In this document: in pieces, positions 37,078 through 51,834 of the stretch
How positions within the stretch are numbered: the stretch's first letter is position 1
How the letters are laid out: each line of letters begins with the position of its first letter
DNA from: Tubiluchus corallicola
Lineage: Eukaryota; Animalia; Priapulida
Length of the DNA: 64,000 bases
Direction of reading: 5' to 3'
NCBI GenBank assembly: GCA_030141605.1
Contig: JAQGDQ010000227.1
Span: 296,458-360,457 of the forward strand
The notes under the pieces: generated by a model
Seen by the model: the letters and a program-made list of their open reading frames with translations, nothing else
The model's database searches: none
What the model was told of the DNA's origin: nothing
Position numbers and translations under genes: made by a program

Positions 37078-37766
37078 CCACCACCACCATCACCATGATC
37101 ATCATCATCATCATCATCACCATCGACATCTTCGCAATTGTCATAATCATTGTTATAATCAGTTGTTGTTGTCGTTGTCGTCGTCATTCAACACAAACAC
37201 AGCAGCCTGCACGATCATTGTCATATTGTGCCACAATTTTCTTTGGGTTTTTATTTATTTCAGTCATGGAATCGTGCTCTGAATTTCTCACAGCAGCAAC
37301 TACTACTCCTCGAAGTGTTAAATACTGTCTGACGGCTACTCATATGAAGTTGTTCAAAAATGGCTTCAGACCTTTTCATTCAGACACCCGGATGCGTGAA
37401 TTCAAGAGGTGTCTGATGTCATTTTTGATTAGCCTCATATGACTAGTCGTCTTTCTTACGAGCAATAGCCCGCCAGCCCGCAACATTTTGTATGAGAAGC
37501 CCCTGTAATCCGTATCGCCTTACATTTTTTAGGCTTATTTTCCATATAGTAACTGTAATGTTGTTCATCCTGGTTCTTTAAAAGGGAAGAAAAGAGGAAT
37601 TTAAAGGACATCCCACAAAAATTTCCACACAAAAAATTTCCACACCAAAAAACATTGGCTCAACAACAGCAACGACAACAAAAACATGCTATTGATTATG
37701 TTTTCAAACTTCACCCAATATGTGGTCTACACTTGCTTCAATTTCTTACCCAAAAACGACTGTTAA

Positions 37767-38312
37767 AGGAAAACCGGATGATTGTGTAAACACGAGTTCA
37801 GAATAAAGAATGCTCTAAAATATTGAAGACTGCAATAGCTTATTTTAAATCAAAGCTTGGTTTAAATAATAATTGCCTCGGATACTCAAATTTCGTTAAA
37901 CTTTCAAAGCTACGCGCGGCTCAGTGAATCTACTAAGATTGGCAACGGCGCCTTTTTGTCACCTTCGCGTGGCCGACAAATAAGCGCAGTATTGTGATAA
38001 GTATGATCATGAACTGCAGTGCTAGTTTCTGACGTCATATGACGTAGACCCATTTTTCGTGACATCAAGTGTTTAAACAGTACTCTAACACCTATGCAAA
38101 TGTGCTTGACGCGCAAGGGAAGACGCCTGCCATTGCACAAACTGTGGTTAGTTTCTGACGTAAGCAATAGCTGTGTTCGGTTGCCGTTAATTAATTTCCT
38201 AAGCTAATTATTCAAATATAAGGAACAATTGTTAACTTTTAAAGGCAAGAAAATTTATATTCTGGACAGTAAATTAAAATGAGATGGAGTCTAAACAATC
38301 GTCTGGTCTTTC
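37767..38312 (+). mobile_element. MITE family B copy
   Basis: Co-linear with 9095-9633. Confidence 0.85.
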
Positions 38313-38793
38313 TTAAAAAAATACTGGGTGTAACGGTGATTACAGGAGTTTAAATGCTCAAGTTTTATGTAACGTTGCTGGTAATACAACTTACACAAGC
38401 TTTGTGTACAGTAAGATAACATGTAATTGATACAAAATTTCAAGCGATTTTAGCTTTATTTGAGAGTTCTGCTTTCTTGTCTTTTAACTTCTGCTTTATG
38501 TTTTTTATCTTTAGTACTAATTTTAATCGGTTCGTCATTTTGTAATTGTGAACCAACTAACAATCCTGTTTAATTATCTCCATGAACCAATGTAAAAAGT
38601 AAATACTTGTGCATCTTATTCGTGATTATTCTACAACAGGGAACTAAATGAATAAATGTGTTTCTAACAATGTATACAAAGTCCTTGGCTGCCAATGCTT
38701 GACCAATACTGACCAGCGTTTACGCTGTCATAATAATTATCAACATGCGTCCTCATGCTTTCTTCCGTTCCTCCATATAAGCACATTCTTTAA

Positions 38794-39474
38794 AGCACAA
38801 GAAACCCTTTATAAACATAAAGCCTGAAAAATTCGTTTTGAAATTTTATATCACTTGCATACTGCCTTTTTGCATGCAGGATTTCAATCGGCAGTCACAC
38901 TGTATAAAACATGTAAATTTAAACTCCCGCGATGACCGTTAGCCGCAACCATTTTCACGACAGGTCATTTGATACAAGTTTAGATAACATTGTGTAAAGT
39001 TTGAAAAAATAATCAGAGTTTTCGTAGCGCACACGTCACTAACTAAATAAAATTTAAAATTACTGTATCTTGTCAATAAGATTAAAAATACGTTTTTGGT
39101 TAATGAGTGGTGCACCCTGTAGGGTGAATCAGCGACATTTTACCAATTTGTGAAAACATTTTAAATAATTAATAATTTTCTTTTTTAGTTACATAAATCT
39201 CTCTAGCAGCTAAGCGAAAATCTAAGTAATATAAATTTGCACGGAAAGTCTTTTGAGATATAATTTAACATTGCCTTTTCTTCCCTTGATTTACGTTTGG
39301 TACATTATGTCATGTAATGGCGACTTCGGAACAGTGTTAAGGGAGATTTAAAATGAAAACAAACTAAAATTCCTTTCAGCGCGAGTAAGATATACGCATA
39401 AAATTGCTCTAAAGTAATATAATTTTTAAGGCGATTTTTCTGAAACCTATTTCAGGTACCTCTTTTCTTGTCCT
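38794..39474 (-). mobile_element. MITE family A copy, inverted
   Basis: TTAA|AGCACAAGAAA ... TTTTCTTGTCCT|TTAA. Confidence 0.85.
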
Positions 39475-39601
39475 TTAACAATTACACAAAAATATTCATT
39501 TGCACTCAGGCAACAAGCAGTACAATTATCGGTAACCTCTGTTGATACTACTGAAAAGTTCTGTGCTACTTTCACAGATGACTGATTCCAAGTTGATTTG
39601 A

Positions 39602-39958
39602 AAAGTCATGAACTTTGTAGACGATGCAGTCATGGTTAGGACATCAAATTATACAAAAAAAATAAAAGAATTGCGGGGAACCGAAGACCTTTTGTAAGGC
39701 TTCTCTATTTAGCAACTACCATTCAGCTTGACTTAGTGAGTCTTTTGCAATCTTATGGCATGTGTTCTACTATTGTTGCTCACGTTCATGATTCAGAAAA
39801 TAAAACAGACAAATCTCTTTTGTTAAAGAAATTAGAAAAGAGAATAATGAAAGTTCCACCTGTCATTGTGTTGCTGATGCTGTATTTTTTGTAAGATCAC
39901 TTACAAATGGATCTGTCAATTGCGATAGCATTGCAAGAGTAATTCTTTCTATTCAGTG
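39602..39958 (+). pseudogene. Frameshifted DNA-transposon coding remnant (probably Academ-type)
   Basis: With two frameshifts it reads KVMNFVDDAV...KKIKELRGTEDL/FVRLLYLATT...AHVHDSENKTDKSLLLKKLEKRI.../VADAVFFVRSL...IARVIL, resembling Academ transposase segments from memory. Confidence 0.45.
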
Positions 39959-40144
39959 TGAATTTGTGACTTTGGGACTTTGTCAGTGTAGTTTAAGTTT
40001 TAAAACTGGAAAACGTGTGTAATGTGTAACTGTGCAGTAACAGAGAATTTACGTGTTAGACGCATCGGTCAAACATTTATTGATGTTGATCCTATTGTTG
40101 ATGGAATTTAGACCCAAAATTATTTGTGAATTAACCACTGGGCC

Positions 40145-41400
<1,256 letters not shown>

Positions 41401-42209
41401 CACAAAAAGCATTAACGTTTTGGAAATTGTATTCACGGAAGCAATGTTGTTAAAATACTAGAAAATCCAGAAACTGATTTTGGTAATTATTAGAGATTAA
41501 CAAAATTATCCAGAAAAACCGGACTAGCATTTGCCCTTAATTTAGAGAATTTTAGACTGTTCTTTTTCAATGGTTTGTGATTTCGCTTAGTGTGGGATGT
41601 CTACTGAAAGAAATACAGCACAGTTAATGACATTGTAATAAGTCATGAATGCCTAACGTCTCAGTCAGTTTAATAGTTTTATGATTGCATAATGATGGTC
41701 ATTAGGGGTAGCATTCTCTGGGAGAAAATGAATTCGAATCGAATCAAATTTGTGACGTTCGAACTAGAATCAAACCGAATTACAGTATTTTCGAATACTG
41801 ATTTCGTTTTAAGGATTTTCGAATCACGAATAAGAAGCGGTCGCGCGAAGATTGTGCATATTACTCGATATTGTTCCTTTAGTAAAACACTAATAACTTG
41901 TTTAAAGATTCTGCCCAGAAACCACAGTTAAATTGTACTTATTTCATAATGTTTCAAGCGTTTTACTGATAATGCATGCATGTAGTTGAAGCACTGAATG
42001 AGTTGAATCTATAATTTTAGGTACGAGTCGTATTTGAACAAGAAAATTTCACGCGTAATAGCCATTCTTTATGCAAAGTTTGCTATTACAGTATATGTAC
42101 ACACAATCGATGTCAGGCCAGTTCATATAATTTGTACCCGAAATTTGATTTTCAATTATTCGTTTTGGGTGGTTAATAAATAAATAACTAATTAATCAAT
42201 TAATTAACT

Positions 42210-42553
42210 AATTAAGTAAGTAAATAAGTAAGTAACAAAGTAAGTAAGTAAGTAAGTAAGTCAGTCAGTCAGTCAGTCAGTCAGTCAGTCAGTAAGTATG
42301 TAAGTAAGCAAGTAAATAAGTAAGTAAGTGAGTGAGTGAGTGAGTGGGTGAGTGAGTGAGTGAGTAGTAGGTAGGTAGGTAGGTAAGTAAGGAAGGAAGG
42401 AAGTAGCTAGGTAGATAGATAGGTAGGTAGCTAGGTAGGTAGGTAGGTAGGTAGGTAGGTAGGTAGGTAGGTAGGTGGGTTAGTAGGTAGGTAGGTAGGT
42501 AGGTAGGTAGGTAGGTAGGTAGGTAGGTAGGTAGGTAAGTAAGTAAGTAAGTA

Positions 42554-42652
<99 letters not shown>

Positions 42653-42823
42653 CAGTCAGTCAGTCAGGCAGTGAGTGAGTGAGTGAGTGTGTGAGTGAGT
42701 GAGTGAGTGAGTAGTAGGTAGGTAGGTAAGTAAGTAAGGAAGGAAGTAGCTAGGTAGATAGGTAGGTAGGTAGGTAGGTAGGTAGGTAGGTAGGTAGGTA
42801 GGTAGGTAAGTAAGTAAGCAAGC

Positions 42824-42878
<55 letters not shown>

Positions 42879-42900
42879 CAAGCAAGCAAGCAAGTAAGTA
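42210..42900. repeat. Compound tetranucleotide array (AAGT/CAGT/GAGT/AGGT)
   Basis: Direct observation. Confidence 0.97.
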
Positions 42901-43364
42901 AATTTTTATTTCGAACTAAAAGTTCGTAGAACACGCGTAGTACACATACGCATAAATTTTTTTATCGAAGTTCTATCGAACTTTGATATCTAACTAAATT
43001 CAGCTGTCCTTCTCTATTATGGAAACTCTCTAAACCACTTCACTGAATCCATTACCCTCTCAACACACGTAAACCATGAACAATTTATAAGCTATATAAA
43101 ATATCGATAACCATAGTGAGGTCATCAATGCTAAACGGCTTTCAGACACAATTAAGTACCAAGGCGCTCATTTGGTTAAAAGTCATAAAGTGATTATAAC
43201 AATGGGTTTTGTATCATTGTCATAAAGTGATTATAACAATGGGTTTTGTATCGTGACGTTGTTATCCCTGTATCATTTACATCTTTAATTATGAATGTTG
43301 CCCAATCGTTGTACTTTTGTTAGCGCCAACACATTTGAAAAAAACAAATAATTTTTTACATGTT

Positions 43365-43962
43365 TTTACATGTTTACCCCATTTTGAAGTAGGGTGATAA
43401 GTATACATTTTAACGCATATAATAATGCCAAAGTGTTTCTGATAATTAAATAAGAGGCTAAAAATTTAATTAACGTCGAGTGAGTATACTTAGTGATGAC
43501 ATCACAACTGAACATAATTTTCAACAGCACAAACATTCCATGAGCGTGTTGCACGTGTTTGTGAAAGCGAAATTTGAAGTACAGTCAATGCTACTGTTCA
43601 ACATTTAGTGCGATGTGCAAAAAACTCAGGAAATTTTAAGTTTAAAAATTTATATTTCAAATTTACCACTGTGCTCACACATGAGCTCTCAAATGTGTGC
43701 TCTACGTCACAACTGAACATCTCTGAACTGAGATGCACAGCAGCTGCTTTTTGTGCAACGCATTTCTGAATGCAGGCGTTAGTACTCAACTAACTAGCAA
43801 AAGGCGAAGTACATCTAACAGCGAAGGACTAGCTACGTGAACGCGAAATTTGGCTTCTATGATAATAATTCTTTCACGTAAGTCGTTCTTTAAAAAATAG
43901 TATGTTCTCTTTCAATATTTTATAGATTAGAGCTATAGTTTAAGATTGGGTCCGGGTTTCGT
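43365..43962 (-). mobile_element. MITE family C, inverted
   Basis: Ends gattgggtccgggtttcgt|TTAA, the TTAA being shared with the next family A copy. Confidence 0.75.
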
Positions 43963-43966
43963 TTAA

Positions 43967-44627
43967 AGGTCGAGAAAAGGGGTACCTAAAGTAGGTTTCA
44001 GAAAAATCGTTATAAAAAATTGTACTATTTTACAGCTACGTTACGCATATATCATACTCACTTTAAAAGGAATTTTTGTTTGTCTTTATTTTAAATCTCC
44101 CACAATGCTGTTTTCTAAAGGCGCCATTACATGACGTCACTTACGCAAATGTAAATCAGGAGAAGAAAAGGCAATGTTAAACGATGTCCCAAAAATCTTT
44201 CCATGCAAATCTGTATTATTTAGCATTTCGCGTTCTGCTGGAAAGACTTATATAGCCAGAAATGAAAATTAATGATTATTTAAAACGTTTTCACCAATTG
44301 GTGAAATGTTGCTGACTCACCCTGCAGGGTGCACCACTCACTAACCAAAAACTTATTTTTAATCTTATTGACAAGATACAGTAATTTAAAATTTTACTTA
44401 GTTAGTGACGTGTGCGCTAGGAATGCTGTGATTATTTTTTCATGTTATCTAAGCTTATTACCGTCAAAATGGCTGCGTCTAACGGTCATCGCGGGAGTTT
44501 AAATTTACATTTTTATACAGCGTTACTGCTGGTGGGAGCCGTGTGTGCAAAAAGGCAGCATGTAAGTGGTATAAAATTTCTAGACGAATTTTTTAAGCTC
44601 TGTGTAAGTGGAGGGTTTTCTTGTGCT
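43967..44627 (+). mobile_element. MITE family A copy
   Basis: TTAA flanks; co-linear with 8164-8833. Confidence 0.85.
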
Positions 44628-45759
44628 TTAAGTTTTCTGATCATCTGAAGCTTTTTCTGGTGTGGATGCTATCCTTCCACCTCTATGCCTCACAACAATA
44701 ACAAGGACTGGACAAAGGCACATTCTATTCTAGAACAAGAACAATATTGTATCGAACCCTGAGCAATAAATTACGTGCATACTTGCTGAATATTTTACGC
44801 TAATCGTTTCGGTTGCTAACTCTTGATTATGTGATGTCGTCAGGTGGAGGGTGTGTCATTGATTTCCTGGAATTAAACATCATGGACACACAGCAGGTTG
44901 TCGTTACCATACGACACTTTCTCTAATTCTAGAGGAAAAAAAACTACATCGATAACGTTACAGCAATTGCGTGCCTGAGTTTACGAACCCAGCAATTAAT
45001 GCATGCCATAACATAGAAATGATTATGATGATTTACACGATGCTGCATAACAGGATAAAGTGAAACCCGCCGTCGCTAAAAACATCCTATAGACGGCCCA
45101 TGAGAGATCTAGTCTTGCCATTACCACCTCTCCCGGGGAGAACTCTATTTATTATTGCCATGTTGATATGTAAACACTACGCAAAGGACTCGACGACGAA
45201 CAATAATTAAGTCCAACAAAACTGTCCGACAGTCGTCATAAAAACCGGATCCACTAGAATCCGGACAAGCCAGTTAGACAAGAATAAACAAGAATTATTT
45301 CTAATCATAAATGCGCTCATATTATTAAAAGAATCTAAAAGGTTTTTCTCCCAACCAACATCACTCAAATTAATGGCTGAGATCTTAAATTTTTACTTTA
45401 GACACGGGTAGTTGTTTTCTGTGAAATACCCAGTTCTGGATCAGTCTTTGATTACTGCTTGAATTAACGCAACATAAAACGTAGCGTTGGATGTATTACT
45501 GAATAATTAAGTAACCCCTAGACAAACAGCAACAATAAACTTGTGGTACAATTGACATTAGTACAAGTTAATTTATAAAATGCATCACGCACGAAAAACA
45601 GCTGATTGCACAATAGTAATTGTTATTTATGTGCGGTGTACAATGTACATGAAAGTACACTTATCGTTTGAATTTTCAAATAGTATTGATTTTTATTCGT
45701 TACAGTCTTGCGCCATTCACAGTCCATTTCAAGAACTAATACATACAAGAAAAACAGGA

Positions 45760-46657
45760 CATTGTTCATATCTTACCCAATTTTGAAGCACGTTAAAAGT
45801 ATACATTTTGAGAATTATTAGTTATATAATTGGTTAAAAACTTAATTATCGACAGTGGATCCCTACTAGTGATGACGTCACAACTGAACATAATTTTCAG
45901 CAGCACAAACATTCCACGAGCGTGTTGCACGTGTTTGCAAAAGCGAAAAATGAAGACAATGCTACTGTACGCTATTCAGTGTGATATACAAAAACTCGGC
46001 AAATCTTAAAATAAAAATTGAAATTTTAAATTTACCGCTGTGCTGACGGATGAGTTGCCGAATGTGTGTATTACGTCACAATCGACAACTTTGAACTGAG
46101 AGGTACAACACCCGATTTTTGTGCAGCGCGTTTCCGAAATGCAGGCGTTAGTGTCCGTCTAACTAGCGAAATAATGGACTAAAATTTAACTAAAGGCGTG
46201 CGAGCACAACTATTGATGACATCGCAAACTAACATAATTTTCAACAGCTAAAATATTCCACGAGCGTGTTGAACGTGTTTGTGAAAGCGAAAATTGAAAT
46301 ACAGCACTACTGTAAGATATTCTGTGTCTTGTACTAAAACTAGGCAAGTTTAAAGGTGAAAATTCAAATTTTAAATTTGCTGCTATGCTCGTGCATGAGC
46401 TGTCGAAAGTGTGTAGCTCGCCACAAGCGGTACAGCACCTGTTTTTTGCGCAATGCGCTTCCGAAATGCCGGCGCTAGTGCCCGTCTAACTAGCGAATGG
46501 CGAAATGCATGTAACAGCGAAGAACTAGTGGCGCAAACGCGTGTGGTAATAATTCTTTCAAATAAGTCACTTTTGAAAAAAAATAGTATCTTTCCTTTCA
46601 ATATTTTAAAGAGTAGATTGTTTTGACCTACAGTTAAACATTGGGTCCGGCTTTGCT
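45760..46657 (-). mobile_element. MITE family C, inverted, with an internal duplicated segment of about 300 bp
   Basis: Ends TTGGGTCCGGCTTTGCT|TTAA; 45871-46170 resembles 46215-46498. Confidence 0.7.
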
Positions 46658-46911
46658 TTAAACATTACAGGCTGTGCAAGACTTTACAAGGTTTCCACGT
46701 CAATTTTTGAACGCATGATAGGTTCTCTATTATCTGGGCAATAGTTTGATGTAAGAAATGGTTCTGTAGCGTAATATCATTGCTTGTTGTACCTTTGTAG
46801 CAAAAATGTCATGGAGCAGCATTTGCTTTGTGGTACGCTCTGTCACTAATTAATATCAGGTAAAAGATTCACTGTATCAGGTCCAGGTAAAACGTGGTAA
46901 TATCAGCTAAT

Positions 46912-46919
46912 ATAATAAT

Positions 46920-47009
<90 letters not shown>

Positions 47010-47037
47010 GTAATAATGATAATAATAATAATAATAA
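46912..47037. repeat. (AAT)n microsatellite
   Basis: Direct observation. Confidence 0.97.
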
Positions 47038-47208
47038 AACCCAATAATGACACACACAATAAAAACTATTGCATACAAAAACTATAACTGCTAGATTCTA
47101 CTTGCAGAGCGCTATTCATAAAAAAACCACTACAGTACACTCCATGTCAAGCCAGTCAAGCCATGCCATGCCACAACACACAGCATTGAAACATTAAAAG
47201 TAAGTTAA

Positions 47209-47830
47209 AGCAAAGCCGGACCCAATCTTAAACTTGAAACTCAAGACAATCTGCTTTTTAAAATATTGAAAGAAAACATACGTTCTTTTTTTCAAAAATG
47301 CTTACGTAAAAGAATTATTACCACACAAACACAATTTCGCGTTCGCGCCACTGGTTCTTCACTGTTACATGCATTTCGTCATTCGCTAGTTAGACGGGCA
47401 CTAGCGCCTGCATTTCGGAAACGCATTGCGCAAAAAGCAGGTGATGTATCTTTCAGTTCAGATGCGTTAGTTTGTGATGAACTGCAGACGTTCGACAGCT
47501 CATGCGTAAGTACAGCGGTAAATTTAAAATTTGAATTTTTATCTTAAAACTTGCTTAGTTTTAGTACAACACACTGAATATCTTACAGTAGCATCGTACT
47601 TTAATTTTCGCTTTTGTAAACACGCGCAGCACGCTCGTGCAATATTTTTGCTGTTGAAAATTATGTTAGTTTGTGATGTCATCAATAAGTGGGCTCGCCC
47701 GCCGTTAATTACGTTTTTAATCTATTATTTAATTATAAGAAACGCCTTTGCGGTATTATTGGTGCTAAAATCTATACTTTTTACCGTACTTGAAAATGGG
47801 GTAGTATATGAGAAATCATCCTGTCTTCCT
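47209..47830 (+). mobile_element. TTAA-flanked MITE family C
   Basis: TTAA|AGCAAAGCCGGACCCAATC ... CCTGTCTTCCT|TTAA; fragments also at about 6210-6330 and 49140-49440. Confidence 0.8.
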
Positions 47831-48169
47831 TTAAGGATCAAAACCATTTTTGTATAGTTTTGTAATTTCACGTTTACAAGCTACTGGAACGCAGCATGAT
47901 GTCGTAGAACGTTCTAGTAATTAACATCAGTAAACTGTTTATAATAAATGCATTGTGAAGCAAACAAAATCAATTCTTCCCTTTACGTTTAATTAGCCCA
48001 AAGGTACAGCTCTGAATCCAGGATTAATCCTAGTCGGATCAAGTAATTAACTCGTCGTGTGTGACAAATACTTGAACTATCTGTATATATACACTACGAA
48101 AATTAAAGTAGTTTCATGACAATATGTTTTTTTTCAATTTCTAAGTTATATGCAAAATTTTAGATAGTT

Positions 48170-48928
48170 ATGTACAATATTGCAAATGATATTGCATGGA
48201 TAGCAAGAAATCAAAGATGAAATAGAAGATATAAAAAATCAAAATAGAAACAAAACTAAAAGAAATGGATCTCAAACTAAATAAAGATAACAGAAGAGTA
48301 TCACGTAAAAAGGAATGGTGATGCTGCATGGAGGAAATGTAAATACTTAGGCAGTCTCCTAGCAACAGATGAAGATATGTCAAGAAGAAAAATCTTGGCA
48401 CTAGCTGCAGATTCCAAATTAAGAAAGATTTTTGAAAGTAAGAGGATCAGTCTAAAAACAAAATTAAGAATCTTTGCTGCACTTGTGGAAACTATGTTTC
48501 TCTATAACTCAGAATTATGGATAATCAAAGCACAACACGATCAGAAATTGATGCATTTCAAAGAAGAAGCTACAGGAACATTCTAGGAATAAAATGGCCA
48601 AACAGAATATCAAACCAGGATCTGTACAATAAAGTCAAGGCAGAAGAATGGACAATTAAAATCAAAAGGAGAAGATTAAGATGGATAGGTGCAGAAAGAA
48701 AAGAAACCGCAAGGAGGACAGTTGCTGATCTTCATCAATTTCACCCAAAAAGATCTTATCAACACACCATTAGAAATGAAAAATACAGAGACATGACAAG
48801 TTGCGGGTGGCAAGGCAACCTGGTCTAAAATGACAACAAGGGCCATGTCCGAGGACGTGTGACTCCAGAGATGATGATGATGACGACGACGACGACGACG
48901 ACGATGATGATGATGATGATGATGATGA
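48170..48928 (+). mobile_element. 5'-truncated RTE-type LINE remnant (end of RT domain) with (GAT)n tail
   Basis: KYLGS...SRRK.LA...KL.KIF....ISLKTKLRIF.ALVE..FLYNSELW / IDAFQRR..R.ILGIKWP..ISN.DLY...RRLRWIG, with frameshifts; short tandem 3' tail. Confidence 0.85.
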
Positions 48929-50230
48929 TATATTCCCTAAGTTAGTAATACCAATGATCAGTGACTACCGAGGCTGAAAAATGGACAGAGAATCAGAAAT
49001 TTCACTGTAGGCTTGAACTTTGGTATCAAAATGCTAACTTACCTACTAAAAATCTGGGTGTTTCTTCTTTTTCTGACCGATGTTGCGATCGCTTGTACGC
49101 ATTGAATTGCATTTCTAACCATTAATTATCTAACTCTTTAAGGAAAACTGGGCCCAATCTTAAACTGTAGCTTAAAACATTATAAAATTTTGAAAGGGAA
49201 AATGTTATTTTTTATAAATGACTTACATGAATGAACTATTACCACAGAAACTGAATTTCCCGTTCGCTAGTTTGATAGGCACTAGTACCTGGATCTCGGA
49301 AATATGTTGTGAAAGAAACAGGTTCAATGTCTTTTAGTTCAGAAGTGTTCAGTTGTGACGTAGTGCATCACAGTGGTTATTTTTAACTTAAAATTTGCCG
49401 AGTTTTTGTGCATCATGCTGAATTCTGAACAGTAACACTCGAGTTTACAAATTCTGTACAAATCGAACATTCGAGTTTACATGAAGTCCAGCATCTGTGC
49501 TTGTTACCAACCCTCGAACAACATTTATTGCATTCTAATGTACAATTAAAAATATTGAAATCACCACACAAAATATGCGCATGGAATGCTTTGCGTAAAA
49601 TTGTAAAAGAAGTTTAAATATTTTTTATCTCCCGCCAAACGAACGTTGATACCGGCATATTTCAAAAAAATGACGTAAGCTGGTGTATGCTGGGCAGCGT
49701 GAATGCTGTGAAGGCAAGCTGTGCGAAGGTACGCGTTGCAAAATTTCTACAGTTTGCTGAGAAGTTCCGTTATTCTAATGTTGTATTTAACTGTGTTTAT
49801 CTAGAAATTAGTATTTCGATTAATTACGAACAGATTTAAAGTGGTTACATTGCTTTTGTCTACAGGATTCCACGTTAAAATGTAAGTAATTAGCATTAAT
49901 TGTGTAAATAATTAATTTACAGACTTTTGTTGACTTTTAGATACGCATGTAAACTTGTTAGCACGTAGTAGGTGCCGGGCTGGTTACTTAGTTTGTAGAA
50001 TTCCCTCTCTAAGTTAAAAAGATTCTGAAGCATCTGGCGGGAGTTTATATTGCACGGAAACCGGATGACGCCATTTTTCGTTTAAAATGAGCGCCCAAGC
50101 GTAAAGTAATCATGACTTTGAATTGATTTTACTAATTACACGAGATGCTTATCACAAATTTATTGCTGAAACTCTCTAACATTTTCCCAAAATATTAAAA
50201 TAAGCTTAACTTCCCGAGAGACTTGGCTTT

Positions 50231-50547
50231 TATATATATAATTCTTCATTGTAAAAATCATACACTAGTACAGAGAAAACGAATTACATCCTACATAAAA
50301 TCAGTGTATAATCAGTCAGTGATTGACAGACTGATGTGTGCAATTGTGAGTTAATGTAAGTTAAAAATCATAAGAATAAAAACATTAAAATACTACATTA
50401 CATATCTACAAATTTGTATACATGATGACATGATGGCGACTTATGAAATTTGGTGGTGAATTTTAATACGTTTTGCTACTTTTTTGGTACAATTTTCGTA
50501 AAAATAAGAAATACATATTGCCTAAATAATTTTTATTGCGATGGAAA

Positions 50548-50595
<48 letters not shown>

Positions 50596-51533
50596 ATTCT
50601 TCATTGTAAAAATCATACTCTAGTACAGAGAAAACGAATTACATCATATATAAAATCAGTGTATAATCAGTCAGTGATTGACAGACTGATGTGTGTAATT
50701 GTGAGTTAATGTAAGTTAAAAATAAAGAATAAGAATAAAGAAGTAAGAATAAAAACATTAAAATACTACATTACATAACTACAAATTTGTATACATGATG
50801 ACGTGATGGTGTCGCCTATTGTACCGAGTACGCAATTGCGGTATTATGTGATCCATTTAATTGTCAGTCTACTACACTAAAGTACTGAATTAGTCTATGC
50901 TGCCATCTACACTCTAATTGTACAAAGTTTGTCAGAGAGTGATTTTTCGTTTCTAAATATTGTTTCCTTTTGCTTTCAGAAATAGTCATTAATCAGAGTA
51001 ATTAGGTTGTTAATTTCATGCTTTAATTCTGGTTTGAACTCTCTTATTCAAATTTAAATAGAGAAAAATTACAAAACAGCTTTCTGTAAACCAATAATCT
51101 TTATTCTGCTATCAAAGAAGCCAAGTAGACTTTGATTTTGGTTTAACTAGTAGTCTGTAGAGTATAGGTGATCTTTCCTTTATGGTCTGTATGCATGAAT
51201 GTAATGTACCTTCCAATAGGAACTTGTATGTCTGGTCATGTGATTAGAGCTTTATTCTCTCAGGCATGCAAGTTTCAGTTGATCTAGAGACAGCATTGAG
51301 AAAGGATGAAAATTTTCTACTGTAAAATATCATATGGCTAACTTTATGACTGTTTGTTCAATTTATGGTCTGTGAACATTGTATACGTTTTACAATAAAA
51401 TGATTGCATATTTCTACAGATGGTGACTTATGAAATATGATGAATTTTAATACGTTTTGCTACTTTTTTGGTACAATTTTCGTAAAAATAAGAAATAGTT
51501 ATTGCCAAAAAAATTATTATTGCGATGGAAACT
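50231..51533. repeat. Local tandem duplication (50231-50550 vs 50593-51533), each copy headed by (TA)n
   Basis: ataattcttcattgtaaaaatcatac... and ...tgcgatggaaactt are shared; copy 2 carries about 610 bp extra. Confidence 0.85.
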
Positions 51534-51834
51534 TGAGTGTCACGAGGAATCGGCTAATTGCTGATACAGTCGTAATTAACGTGATGTTTGTAATTAACGT
51601 GATGTTTGTAATGTTTGTTAACATGAGTGACACTTGCGCCTGCTTTGATAAGCAATGTCAAAATTGGCTGTAATTTGCCCACACAATCAGACCACGGCTC
51701 ATTAGCGCACAATAAGTGGCCATTGTGAGCTTATATAATGAAACGTAATAATTAGCTACAACATCGATGAATTTCCAATACAGCGATCAACACATGGCTA
51801 CGCGCACACCAACTTTTATTACTGCACACCTCCG

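Noticed and set aside
37095-37442. 115-aa ORF with an internal acceptor-like site
   Set aside because: N-terminus is (CAT)n low complexity; the rest has no recognisable domain or good donor on either strand
49866-49881. Possible 16-nt microexon (ttgtctacag|GATTCCACGTTAAAAT|gtaagt)
   Set aside because: Good splice signals but no host gene to attach it to and length not a multiple of 3; may be chance
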